A stretch of DNA of 64,000 nucleotides, from positions 27,280,001-27,344,000 of the forward strand of contig JBHGNT010000001.1 of the NCBI GenBank assembly GCA_043228905.1, in the 5' to 3' direction. The translations under genes and the position numbers were made by a program. Source of the DNA: Azolla caroliniana (taxonomy: Eukaryota; Plantae; Polypodiophyta). Position 1 is the first letter of the stretch. Each line of letters opens with the position of its first letter. Under the pieces are notes generated by a model. The model was not told the DNA's origin. It saw only the letters and a program-made list of their open reading frames with translations, and made no database searches. Below are positions 27,289 through 37,473 of the stretch, piece after piece.

Positions 27289-27665
27289 TTATTGCGTAGT
27301 GTCTTCAGTACTCCCCCTCAAGCTTGGCAGATCAGGGATCGTCAATCCGAGATTGGTCATGAATTGCCATAGCTTGTCGGCTCCTAAGGCTTTAGTGAAG
27401 ATGTCGGTCGTTTGAAGATTGGTGCTTATGTGTTGTAGGTTGACATCGCCAGCCAGAACGCGCTCTCGGATGAAGTGATAGTGCACTTCGATGTGCTTTG
27501 TCCGCGCGTGGAACACCGAGTTCCGAGCCAAATAAATACTGCTCATGTTATCGCAGTAAAGGGGAGTCAGATCCTTGATGGGAACACCCAAATCCTTCAA
27601 AATCCTCTTAAGCCATACGGCTTCACATGCAGCTACGGTTGCGCCCCTATATTCTGCCTCTATAC
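27289..27665 (-). pseudogene. Copia RNase H fragment
   Basis: EAEY...LYCDNMSSIYLARNSVFHARTKHIEVHYHFIRE...DIFTKAL; separated from the RT by the Gypsy insertion. Confidence 0.93.
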
Positions 27666-28074
27666 TGTCATGAACACATGACCATTATGGCGTCACCCGG
27701 ACTTGAACCTCGAACCTTGTAATTCATACTTGAAAACCTCAACCATTAAGATAGCTTATTGTTATATGAAATAATAAAAGCTACTTCTTGTATTACATTG
27801 ATTATTGTAAAAACTCTAGATTATTCTAGAATGTTCTAGAATGTCCTAGAGCATTCTAGGTCTAGAACATTCTAGAACATTCTAGAAATCTCTAAGCTAT
27901 TCTATAGGAACCTATAAATAAGCGCATACATGTATTCTCAAATCAATTCGAATCAACACCAGTCTTTAGCTCTCATTACATATCTTGTATCCATTCTCTT
28001 TCTTTCTCTATCTTATACATCCATTCTTCTCTATCCTTCTTCCATCACTCTATCTTTTATCCTTGGTTCTGACA
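27666..28074 (+). repeat. Chromovirus 5' LTR
   Basis: Near-identical to 32711-33119. Confidence 0.98.
27824..27920 (+). promoter_or_regulatory. Heat-shock-element array plus TATA box in LTR U3
   Basis: TTCtaGAAtgTTCtaGAA (27824-27841) and GAAcaTTCtaGAAcaTTCtaGAA (27865-27887) are perfect alternating nGAAn arrays. TATAAATA at 27913-27920. Confidence 0.75.
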
Positions 28075-28076
28075 GT

Positions 28077-28088
28077 TTGATTCGAATT
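28077..28088 (+). promoter_or_regulatory. Self-priming primer binding site
   Basis: TTGATTCGAATT is the exact reverse complement of AATTCGAATCAA (27945-27956) in the LTR; no TGG-starting tRNA PBS is present. Confidence 0.8.
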
Positions 28089-28140
28089 CTCTCTCTCTCT
28101 CTCTTTCTCTCTTATCCTCCTTTGTAACCATCCTGAAACC

Positions 28141-29292
28141 ATGGCTACCATTAACTCAGAAGAATATCTCACCCTTGTTGCAGAAATGGAGAACCTTAAA
28201 TCCAAGTTCGCATCTCTTGAAGTAGAGAATCAACGTCTACTTGGGGATCTACAAAAGGTTACTATAGAGAAGCAACAACAACAAGAGGAGTTCACGCGAC
28301 GAGTGCAACAGTTAGAGTCGACAATCGTCGTGTTACAACAACAAAGGGTTGAAGGTCAGGGACTTATCAAGGAGCCCAAAATTAGCCTCCCAGCTAAATT
28401 TGATGGGTCGAGGGCGCATTTCCGAGGTTTTTTGAATCAAGTATGGTTGGTGATTCAAATGCATCCCGCACGTTATCCAACAGATGCATCACGAGTCGGG
28501 CTAGTGGGCACTTTATTGACTGGCATAGCGTTGTCGTGGTTTGCTCCATTGCTAGAGACCAATTCTCCTCTACTGAATAATTTCGAGGAATTTAAGGCTT
28601 GTTTCGGAGATACTGATGGGGCGAGAACAGCTATCAACAAGATTCGTACACTTCGTCAAGGTGATCAACCAGCTTCAACATATGCTGCCAATTTCCGTCT
28701 CATCGCAAGCGATATTCCTTGGGATGAACAAGCCCTAATGGAGCAATTCCGTTCAGGCCTTCGTAGTGATGTCAAAGACTTACTTCTTACCTTCCCCGAG
28801 GATCCAAGGTCACTTACAGAAGCTATTAGTCGAGCAATACGGTGTGATAATCGCCTTTTTGAGCGTCGATGTGAGCGACAACAACAAATAACAAGATCTA
28901 GATTCACACCAACTTATGCATCAGTAACGGCACAATCATCCCCAAGGCAAATGTATAGCCCTGCTCCAACTCCAAGGCAAACACGTAGTCCAGTCCCAAT
29001 GGATAGTCCTACACCCATGGAGATCGATATGACTCAACGACGAGGACCGTTGTCAGACGAAGAGAAGCAACGTCGTCGAGCAAACCATCTGTGCTTATAT
29101 TGTGGAGGTCCAGGACATATAGCCATTCATTGCTCCCGTAGGCCGAGACGTCAAGTAAATCAAATTCACTATGACAATAAAAATGAGTCCAACATTTTAG
29201 AAGTAGTTAGTGAATCTAATATTATGAATAATCCACCCTTGTCCAATAAATTTGAAGTCCTAAGCCAATTAGAAGAGGAGTCAAACGAATAA
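28141..29292 (+). CDS. gag: Chromovirus Gag (coiled-coil, capsid, CCHC zinc knuckle)
   Basis: EPKISLPAKFDG, LRQG...YAANF, PMEID and CLYCGGPGHIAIHC; PEG10/sushi-like Gag. Confidence 0.95.
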   Translation: MATINSEEYLTLVAEMENLKSKFASLEVENQRLLGDLQKVTIEKQQQQEEFTRRVQQLESTIVVLQQQRVEGQGLIKEPKISLPAKFDGSRAHFRGFLNQVWLVIQMHPARYPTDASRVGLVGTLLTGIALSWFAPLLETNSPLLNNFEEFKACFGDTDGARTAINKIRTLRQGDQPASTYAANFRLIASDIPWDEQALMEQFRSGLRSDVKDLLLTFPEDPRSLTEAISRAIRCDNRLFERRCERQQQITRSRFTPTYASVTAQSSPRQMYSPAPTPRQTRSPVPMDSPTPMEIDMTQRRGPLSDEEKQRRRANHLCLYCGGPGHIAIHCSRRPRRQVNQIHYDNKNESNILEVVSESNIMNNPPLSNKFEVLSQLEEESNE

Positions 29293-32200
29293 GTCTGGCC
29301 AAAATAGGAGTCATTTGGTTGGACAACCCTAGATATGTACAACCTAGTGTGGGTTCCATTTCTTCCAAGCATGTTAGTAGAGTCTTCTCAGCCCTAGTAC
29401 AAGTTAGGACACCTAGTTGTCAACTTCAAGTCCAAGCCCTCTTAGATACTGGAGCCAATTCTTGTTTCATGGATAGAGATTTTGCCCAAAAACACCAAAT
29501 ATCCTTGCATACACTTCCTTGTCCAGTTTCCGTAGTAGTGATTGATGGACGCCCCATAGCTTCCGGGAAGATATTTGAAGAGTTTGAGCCAATACACATA
29601 CTCTTGGGTGATTTAGGATGTGTAGTTTCCTTTAACATAATCCGTAGTCCTGAGCATCCAATTGTCCTCGGTTTGCCATGGTTCGAGCTACATAACCCTA
29701 GAATCGATTGGAGGAAGCGAGAAATTAGGTGCCCTTTAGCAAAAAATATCATTGTCAAGGATCGAACTCGGGATTATCCTCCCAAAGTATATAGTTCTAC
29801 CGATGCACCATATCCTTCTCATCAAATTTCAGCCATCACATTGCAACAATTGCACCAAGTGGGAGGCAAGGAGGACCTTTTCTTATTTGCAGTATCAGTG
29901 ACACCTTCTAGTGTCACTCAAGGGAATTCAGACATCCAAATTCCCAAAAAATATCAAGACTATGCTGATGTTTTCGACAAAGTCAAAGCTAGTGTTCTTC
30001 CAAAGCATCGGCCGTACGACTGTCCTATTGATCTCCAACCAGGAAAAGAGCCTCCGTGGGGTCCGATTTACAATTTATCACCCACTGAGCTTGAGGTTCT
30101 TCGAGAATACATCGAGGAAAATCTTGCACATGGGTTTATTCGACATTCAAAGTCTCCAGCTGGTGCTCCTATCTTTTTTGTGAAGAAAAAGGACGGCTCC
30201 CTTCGTTTGGTCGTGGACTATCGAGGCTTAAATAAAGTCACCATAAGGAATAGGTATGCTTTACCTTTAATCTCCAATCTCTTAGAACGCATTGGTGGGG
30301 CAAAGCATTTTACCAAAATTGATCTAAGGGGTGCATATAATCTTGTTCGAATTCGGCCAGGAGATGAGTGGAAAACAGCATTTCGTACTCGGTATGGTCA
30401 TTTCGAGTATACAGTCATGCCTTTCGGGCTCACAAATGCACCTGCCGTATTCCAACATATGGCAAATGACATCTTCCGGGATTTCTTGGATATTTTTCTA
30501 ATCATCTACCTAGATGATCTATTGATTTACTCTAAAACACAGGGGGAGCATGATATACATGTGCGGCAAGTACTTGAACGCCTAAGGAAGTATGGTCTTT
30601 ACGCCAAACTTGAGAAATGCAGTTTTGATTGCAAACAAGTCGAATTTTTGGGATACACTATTTCATCCCAGGGTGTTTTCATGGACCCGACAAAAGTCCA
30701 AACAATATTGGAATGGAAACCCCCATGCTCAGTTCGGGATGTCCAGTGTTTCCTCGGATTTGCGAACTTCTATCGCAAATTCATACATAATTATTCAAGC
30801 ATTGTGTTGCCCCTTACTCAACTCACCAAGAAAAATCAAGCATTTTTTTGGAGTATCGAAGCGGACAAGGCTTTTACGCAGCTAAAAGAGGCATTCACAT
30901 TAGCACCCATCCTAGCACATATTGATCCTGAAAAGCCATTTACTATTGAGGCGGATGCATCAGACTTTGCATTGGGGAGTATCCTATCGCAACCAGGCGA
31001 GGACGGGCAGATACATCCAGTCGCGTTTCACTCGAGAAAGTTTACTATTTCGGAGATAAACTATGAGGTGCATGACAAGGAGTTACTAGCTGTGGTCGAC
31101 TCATTCGAGCAATGGCGTCATTTTCTAGAAGGATCACCTCATCAGATTATCATTTATAGTGATCACAAAAATCTCACATATTTTCAAACAGCTCGAGTAT
31201 TAAATAGACGACAAGCTCGGTGGGCCCAATTTCTAACGCGTTTCGATTTCAAGATCATTTTTCGCCCCGGAAAACAACAAGGGAAAGCAGATGCTCTGTC
31301 TCGGCGTTCGTATCTAGCACTTCGACCTGGAGATCCGGCCTTTGACAATCAAAAGCAAACTCTCCTCGGGCCATCAAAGCTACAGGTAACAACAATTTAT
31401 GCCACACCACTTGATTCTACCCTTCTTGACACTATTCGGCAACAACTTCATTCGGATGATTTTGCTAAGGATGTCTTAGCCCACTGTGGTTCAAGTCGTC
31501 CATCTTGCTCCACATTGCCAGGGTCATCTCAACATTATAAGGACTTCAAGTGGCAAGATGGTTTACTCTTCTACAAGAATCTCCTTTACGTCCCCGACGG
31601 ATCACCCCGACTTCAAGTGTTGGCACATTGTCATGATGCCCCCATGGCTGGACATTTTGGTATTTCCAAGACCATTGAGCTGGTGAAACGTTCGTTTTGG
31701 TGGCCTCACTTGCAAAAATTTGTCGAAGATTATGTTCGCACTTGTGACACCTGCTGTGAAGTGTTTCGCCATCATGGTCTCCCGAATGATATTATTAGCG
31801 ATCGAGGTCCTCAATTTATCTCACACTTTTGGAAGCACCTATGGGCAGGCCTCAAAATCTCTTGCAAACTCTCTTCGGCTTATCATCCACAAACTGACGG
31901 ACAAACAGAGCGCACAAATCAAACGCTCGAGCAATATCTTCGATGTTTCATTAGTTATCAACAAGATGATTGGAGTAAAATTTTACATCTTGCTGAGTTT
32001 GCATACAACAACACGGTCCACTCTTCTACCAAAGTTACACCTTTCTTTGCCTACACCGGCAACCACCCTCGATGGTGTATACTGGATCTTCCTGAGGTGT
32101 CACGAAACCCTAGTGCGGCGCATCACCTCCGCCGACTACAACAAATCCAGTTCGAGTTATCGTCACATCTTCAGAAAGCGCAAGCACACCATAAGACCAA

Positions 32201-32726
32201 TGCCGATCGACATCGTCTTAAGTCTCCGTTTAAGGTTGGTGACCGTGTATGGTTGCTTCGTCGTCACATCAAGACTACCCGACCGTGTGCTAAGCTTGAC
32301 TATCAACGCTTAGGTCCTTTTGTCATCACGGCGCAGATTAATGATGCAACATTTCGTCTTAACCTTCCTGCACATATGCGGCTTCACCCTGTCTTTCATA
32401 GCTCTCTTTTGGAACCTCGCCACACCTCTTTAATTCCTGATCGTGTCGTGCCACCACCGCCTTCTGTACAACTTGTGGACGGCCCCAAATACGAGGTAGC
32501 TGCTATTCTTGATTCTAAGATTGTGCGCAATAAGCTTTATTATCTAGTTGATTGGCTTGGTTATCCTCCGAGTGATCGCACTTGGGAACCCATCGATAAC
32601 GTTTGTAATGCTGAAGCTCTGGTCAACGACTTCCATCGTCACTATCCAAACAAACCCGGCCCAACAATGTTAACGCCGACTTCCACTCGGCGTTCTCGAA
32701 GGAGGGATAGTGTCATGAACACATGA
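29280..32726 (+). CDS. pol: Chromovirus Pol (PR-RT-RNase H-IN with internal deletion-chromodomain) in the -1 frame relative to gag
   Basis: ALLDTGA protease, YLDD RT, EADASDFALG RNase H, HHCC, SDRG...TDGQTER integrase, GPF motif and YEVAAILD...YLVDWLGY...TWEP chromodomain. The frame is open across the gag stop; the pol stop lies inside the 3' LTR. Confidence 0.95.
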   Translation, partial: VKRISLAKIGVIWLDNPRYVQPSVGSISSKHVSRVFSALVQVRTPSCQLQVQALLDTGANSCFMDRDFAQKHQISLHTLPCPVSVVVIDGRPIASGKIFEEFEPIHILLGDLGCVVSFNIIRSPEHPIVLGLPWFELHNPRIDWRKREIRCPLAKNIIVKDRTRDYPPKVYSSTDAPYPSHQISAITLQQLHQVGGKEDLFLFAVSVTPSSVTQGNSDIQIPKKYQDYADVFDKVKASVLPKHRPYDCPIDLQPGKEPPWGPIYNLSPTELEVLREYIEENLAHGFIRHSKSPAGAPIFFVKKKDGSLRLVVDYRGLNKVTIRNRYALPLISNLLERIGGAKHFTKIDLRGAYNLVRIRPGDEWKTAFRTRYGHFEYTVMPFGLTNAPAVFQHMANDIFRDFLDIFLIIYLDDLLIYSKTQGEHDIHVRQVLERLRKYGLYAKLEKCSFDCKQVEFLGYTISSQGVFMDPTKVQTILEWKPPCSVRDVQCFLGFANFYRKFIHNYSSIVLPLTQLTKKNQAFFWSIEADKAFTQLKEAFTLAPILAHIDPEKPFTIEADASDFALGSILSQPGEDGQIHPVAFHSRKFTISEINYEVHDKELLAVVDSFEQWRHFLEGSPHQIIIYSDHKNLTYFQTARVLNRRQARWAQFLTRFDFKIIFRPGKQQGKADALSRRSYLALRPGDPAFDNQKQTLLGPSKLQVTTIYATPLDSTLLDTIRQQLHSDDFAKDVLAHCGSSRPSCSTLPGSSQHYKDFKWQDGLLFYKNLLYVPDGSPRLQVLAHCHDAPMAGHFGISKTIELVKRSFWWPHLQKFVEDYVRTCDTCCEVFRHHGLPNDIISDRGPQFISHFWKHLWAGLKISCKLSSAYHPQTDGQTERTNQTLEQYLRCFISYQQDDWSKILHLAEFAYNNTVHSSTKVTPFFAYTGNHPRWCILDLPEVSRNPSAAHHLRRLQQIQFELSSHLQKAQAHHKTNADRHRLKSPFKVGDRVWLLRRHIKTTRPCAKLDYQRLGPFVITAQINDATFRLNLPAHMRLHPVFHSSLLEPRHTSLIPDRVVPPPPSVQLVDGPKYEVAAILDSKIVRNKLYYLVDWLGYPPSDRTWEPIDNVCNAEALVNDFHRHYPNKPGPTMLTPTSTRRSRRRDSVMNT

Positions 32727-33119
32727 CCATTATGGCGTCACCCGGACTTGAACCTCAAACCTTGTAATTCATACTTGAAAACCTCAACCATTAAGATAGC
32801 TTATTGTTATATGAAACAATAAAAGCTACTTCTTGTATTACATTGATTATTGTAAAAACTCTAGATTATTCTAGAATGTTCTAGAATGTCCTAGAGCATT
32901 CTAGGTCTAGAACATTCTAGAACATTCTAGAAATCTCTAAGCTATTCTATAGGAACCTATAAATAAGCGCATACATGTATTCTCAAATCAATTCGAATCA
33001 ACACCAGTCTTTAGCTCTCATTACATATCTTGTATCCATTCTCTTTCTTTCTCTATCTTATACATCCATTCTTCTCTATCCTTCTTCCATCACTCTATCT
33101 TTTATCCTTGGTTCTGACA
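32711..33119 (+). repeat. Chromovirus 3' LTR
   Basis: Near-identical to 27666-28074. Confidence 0.98.
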
Positions 33120-34166
33120 CATACTCGAAAGAGCGACGGTAGGCTGCTTCTTGCTACTCCAGGATATTGCTCCGCTGCCGAGGGAGAAAACAAATCCGGA
33201 GGTTGATCTTCTATCGGCTTTGTAGCTGGCCCAATCGGCGTCGGTGTACCCCTCGAGTCGTATTGGCATCGCGGTCTTGTAGAGGATGCCGCAATCCATT
33301 GTGCCACTCACGTATCGTAGAACTCGCTTAGCGCAATCCAAGTGAGTATCATGCGGTGTTTGCATGAATTGGCTAAGGAGACCGACCGGATAACTGAGAT
33401 TGGGTCGTGTGATCGTGAGGTAGATGAGACTCCCGATGAGTTGCCGATACTGAGTCAGCTCACACGCTTTGGTGCCGGAGTGCGCATCTAGTTTGAGACT
33501 ACGATCAAGCAGGGTTGCCATGGATTTGCACTCAGCCATCCCGAACTTGTATAACAAGTTGAAGATGTAGTGCCGTTGAGAGATCATGATTCCGGCCGGA
33601 GTCCGAATTACCTCGATGCCGAGGAAGTAGTGGAGCTCCTTCATGTCCGTCATCTCGAACTTGTCGGAAAGGAGGGATTTGACCTTAGTGATTTCGATGA
33701 GATGCTCACCTCCAATGACTAGGTCATCCACATATAAGATGATGACGATCGGACTTGCGGAATCGCTTCGTATGTAAAGGGAGTTGTCCGATTTTAACAT
33801 ATAGAAGCCGATTTGATGAAGATATTGCGTTATCTTCGAATGCCAAGCACGCAGTGCTTGCTTGAGGCCGTAGAGTGGCTTCTTGAGTCAGCATACGGCT
33901 TTTGGATGAGTGCTCGAGTTAAAGCCGGGTGGTTGGATCATGTACACCTCCTCTTCTAATTCGCCTTGTAGAAAGGTGTTCTTGACGTCCATTTGATGGA
34001 GGTGCCACCCTTTCACCGCGGCAATCGCAATTACGGTCCGTTCCGTTGTCATCTTTGCCACTGGGGCAAAGGTCTCTTCGTAGTCGACGTCATGCGTCTG
34101 AGCGTATCCTTTCGCTACGAGTTGAGCTTTGTAGCGGTTTACGCAGCCATCAACGTTATACTTCAC
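33120..34166 (-). pseudogene. Copia reverse transcriptase (frameshifted)
   Basis: RYKAQLVAKGYAQ, HQMDVKNTFLQG, LYVDDL, GYTDADWA and SWSSKKQPTVALSS, split over ORFs 33888-34166 and 33102-33800. Confidence 0.95.
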
Positions 34167-35539
34167 CTTGTAGATCCATCTGCATCCGATCGCCTTTTTG
34201 TGTGGTGAGGTGGGAACGAGATCCCATGTCTCTCCTCGTTCATTGCTTCAATCCATCGCGGGTCCTTCGCGGCTTTCGAAAAGGTTTCCGTCTCTCGTAC
34301 TGTCGCTACCTTCATCATAAAGGCGTAATGGTACGCCATGTAATCGTTGTAGCCAAATCGGCTTATGGGGTTCTTTTCACGAGTGGATCGGCGGAGTTTT
34401 TCATTTGCAGAAATGAGGGCTTTCTTAGCTCCGATTGGTACCTCGAAACCGCCAAACTCATTGTCGAGTGAGTGAGTTGACTCATCGTCAGTGAAGCGAT
34501 CGTCATCGTATTCTGCCATTTTCGCCTTGCCTTTGTCCATCTTCAGGCTAGGCCGTGATGTGCTTTGATCGCTCAAAGGCTCTTGTGGTCCGCTCAGTCG
34601 GGTCATGATCGGACTTTCTTCAATCATGCGCGTAGGGCGATCTTCATCCCCGATCTCTTGGTCGGCAGATTCCGGGTCGAGCGGAGTCAGAGTCGGAGTT
34701 GTCTCTGGTGCGTACCAGGATGCGGACTCGTCAAAGACGACGTCTCGACTTACCCGAGATTTTCGAGTTGAGGGGTTGTAGCACTTATACCCCTTTTGCT
34801 CCAGTGAGTATCCTACGAGGATACATTTCTCCGACTTCGGGTCGAGCTTTTGACGCTTCTCGTCGGGGATGTGCACGTACGCAATGGAGCCGAATATCCG
34901 AACATGTGATAGGTTCGGCTTCTTTCCGAAGAATCTTTCGTGTGGAGTGACCTCGTGCACGCCGGATGTTGTGCACCGGTTCATTAGGTAGATGGCCGTA
35001 TTTGCCGCTTCAGCCCAATATGACTTGGGCATATGCTTCTCGTTCATCATGGCCCACGCTACTTCGAGGATGTGCCGATTTTTGCGCTCGGCTACTCCGT
35101 TTTGTTGTGGAGTGTGTCGGCAAGTGAATTCTCGCAGAATTCCTTCCTTTCGGAGATACGTCGTGAAATCGTCCGAGAAGTACTCCTTGCCGCCATCCGA
35201 TCGAAGGCATCGTACATGTCGACCCGTGGCTTTCTCGACTTCATTCTTGAAATTTTGGAAGTGTCCGAACACTTCGCTCTTTTGCCGCATCGGGTAGATC
35301 CAAGTGTGCCTCCAAAAGTCGTCGATAAATAGCACGTAATATCGGCATCCGCCGAATGTCGCCGTTTGAGCCGGACCCCATACATCGGAATGAATTACGT
35401 CGAGTACGCCTTTGCTCACAATCCAATCTTTCGGAAATGGGTGTCGGTGTTGCTTATCGAATTGGCATGCTTCGCATACACCTTCAATCTCCTTCTCTTT
35501 GAATGTCGGGAGTCCGATGACGACTCCTTTCGATTTCAT
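34163..35539 (-). pseudogene. Copia integrase and linker
   Basis: CEACQ, IHSDVWGP, LRSDGGKEY, TPQQNGVAERKNR, KCILVGYS and SRDVVFDE. Confidence 0.95.
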
Positions 35540-35644
35540 TGCTTTATGTCATAGCTCTATGTCGGAGATTGATGTGGCCGATTCGCTTATGCCATAGCTC
35601 TATGTCGGAGTCGGCTTTCGTGCTTTTCGCGAACATGACGGATT

Positions 35645-36917
35645 TCATCTCGTGTGAATCGAGAATGACTCAACCATTTGGCCGACCGAGACCAAATTCT
35701 TTGTGATGGTGGGTACATGCAAGACATTTTTAATGTATGTTTGCTTACCTCTTTCGCCGAACGGAACATTGCCGATGTGCCGAATCAGGTGCGTAGTGTC
35801 ATCCCCGGTTTCGACATAACCGGGTCGCTCCGGCTCTCGAAGTTCGAGAAACCATTCTTTGTGGGATGTCATATGGTTTGAGGCTCCGGAGTCAACAAAC
35901 CATATGTCCTCCGGATTGAGAGCACTAGTTGAGGTAGAGGCCGACATAGACTTTGCTCTATGTTTCATCATGAACATTCCGCCATGGTCGGAGTTGTATG
36001 CGTACATTCCGCCAGTAGTCGGAATTGTGCGCGTAATTCGTGAGTTGTCGGCTTGTGGAAGCCGATTCACGCATCTTCTTTCGGCACTCTTCTTCGTGGT
36101 GGCCGAGCTTTCCGCAATATCCGCATTCGGTTGCGTTTTGACGGCTCGGGCCTGAGTGAAAGCTCCCCCTTCTTGCGAAGGTTCCTCGTTGGCCTCCGTT
36201 TTGCGGCCGAAATTGGGAGTTGTTGTCGTAGGTCGGACCTCGTCCACCTTGTCCTTGGCCGAATCGGCCTCTCGCTCATCCGCGTCCTCTTCCTCCATTA
36301 GAGTGCGTGTAGAGCATGTGGCCTTCTGACTCATTGCTCCTTGTACGCACGTGGTTTTCTTCGACTAATAGCATTGATTGGAGCTCGAAGAAGGAGAGAG
36401 ATTTCTCACGTGCTAGAACGGCGGTTCGCATCGCGCCGAACTGTGGTGCGAGGCTGCCGAGGCATATTTGCACCATCTCATCATCATCTATACTTACGCT
36501 TATTGAGCCGAGCGAGTCGCAAAGCTCCTTGATCTTCAAGGTGTATGTCGTGATAGACATATCCCTTTGTTGAATGTTGTTCAACTCTTTGCGGAGTTGA
36601 AGCTTCCTCGCGGTCGTGTTGGCGGCGAAAATCTTTCGTAGGTTTTCCCACGCTTCCTTCGGCGTCTTGGCTTCTCGAATGTAACCGAGCATGTGGTCGT
36701 GAACACATGTCGCCAAACAATACATAACGCGGCTTGCGGCTTGCTCCCATGTTGCGTATCGGGGAGCCGCTTCGGCGGGTCGGTCTTCATGCGCTCCTTT
36801 GGTGTAGCTCCAATAGCCTTGTCTGACAAGGTATTGGTGCATCTTGTACTCCCAAGATGCGAAGTTGTTTCGATCCAACTTCTCGATGGGGAGAGCACTC
36901 CCCATTTGAGTATTCAT
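35645..36917 (-). pseudogene. Copia gag and protease (frameshifted)
   Basis: ORF 36276-36917 is a UBN2-type gag (KLDRNNFASWEYKM). ORF 35645-36334 ends with WFVDSGASNHMT...VLHVPTITKNLVSVGQ. Confidence 0.92.
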
Positions 36918-37081
36918 TATGTCGATTCTTCTTCTTCTTCTTCTTCTTCTCTCTTGAATGCGAGCTATGTAGCGAAGCTACGATAGCGATGTGCCGGTTC
37001 TTGGTCGTCGGCGTGGAGCACAACAAACGATCACGATGAGGCGAATGGGCTAGATCGAGCTACCAAATCGCTCTGATACCA

Positions 37082-37473
37082 TGTAAAGAATCAAGAGATG
37101 GATTCTTGTGAAGCAGAATAGGTGTGAATTGTGTGTGTATGAGAGAGAGAGTGTGTGTGAGAGAGACAAGGAGTAATACACAGAGAATACGCAAGGTAAA
37201 AAAACTATTAGCAAAGGAGAAAGACTCGACCTAATACAAGGTGGGAGGAGGGTGCTTTATGTAGTCACCCTCTCTCTTCATTAACTACAAGGCTCATGGA
37301 GCATGGGAAATGTGAAAGCTCATAAGTTATGTGTCATAGAATATGATTCTATGACTCATACTAAATGCTAGAATATAAAGTGGTGACATAATGGTGACTC
37401 TTCACCGTTGGAGTGTCTCTTCACTCTCAAGGTGAGTTCACACACTAGACCAAGTTGAGCTTGATTCTCAACA
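37082..37473 (-). repeat. Copia 5' LTR (392 bp)
   Basis: Adjacent to the tRNA-iMet PBS; matches 26675-27068. Confidence 0.97.

Larger units (their letters stand above)
27666..33119 (+). mobile_element. Ty3/Gypsy chromovirus (Tcn1/Tf1-sushi-like) nested in the Copia RT-RH junction
   Basis: 409-bp LTRs at 27666-28074 and 32711-33119 (2 differences, TG...CA ends). TSD TATAC/CATAC (1 mismatch). PPT GAAGGAGGGATAG before 32711. gag and pol present with a C-terminal chromodomain. Confidence 0.97.
26675..37473 (-). mobile_element. Ty1/Copia LTR retrotransposon, full-length but frameshifted, carrying a nested Gypsy insertion
   Basis: LTRs 37082-37473 and 26675-27068 with TG...CA ends. TSD AGAAT at 26670-26674 and 37474-37478. 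PBS TGGTATCAGAGC (tRNA-iMet type) at 37070-37081, PPT next to 27069. Domain order gag-PR-IN-RT-RH. Confidence 0.97.

Noticed and set aside
27813-27890. Regularly spaced palindromic repeats resembling a CRISPR-like array
   Set aside because: 10-bp period with no unique spacers, eukaryotic LTR context and no cas genes; better explained as HSEs.
33993-37039. Numerous plus-strand and alternate-frame ORFs inside the Copia
   Set aside because: Shadow ORFs caused by the high GC content of the gag-pol region.
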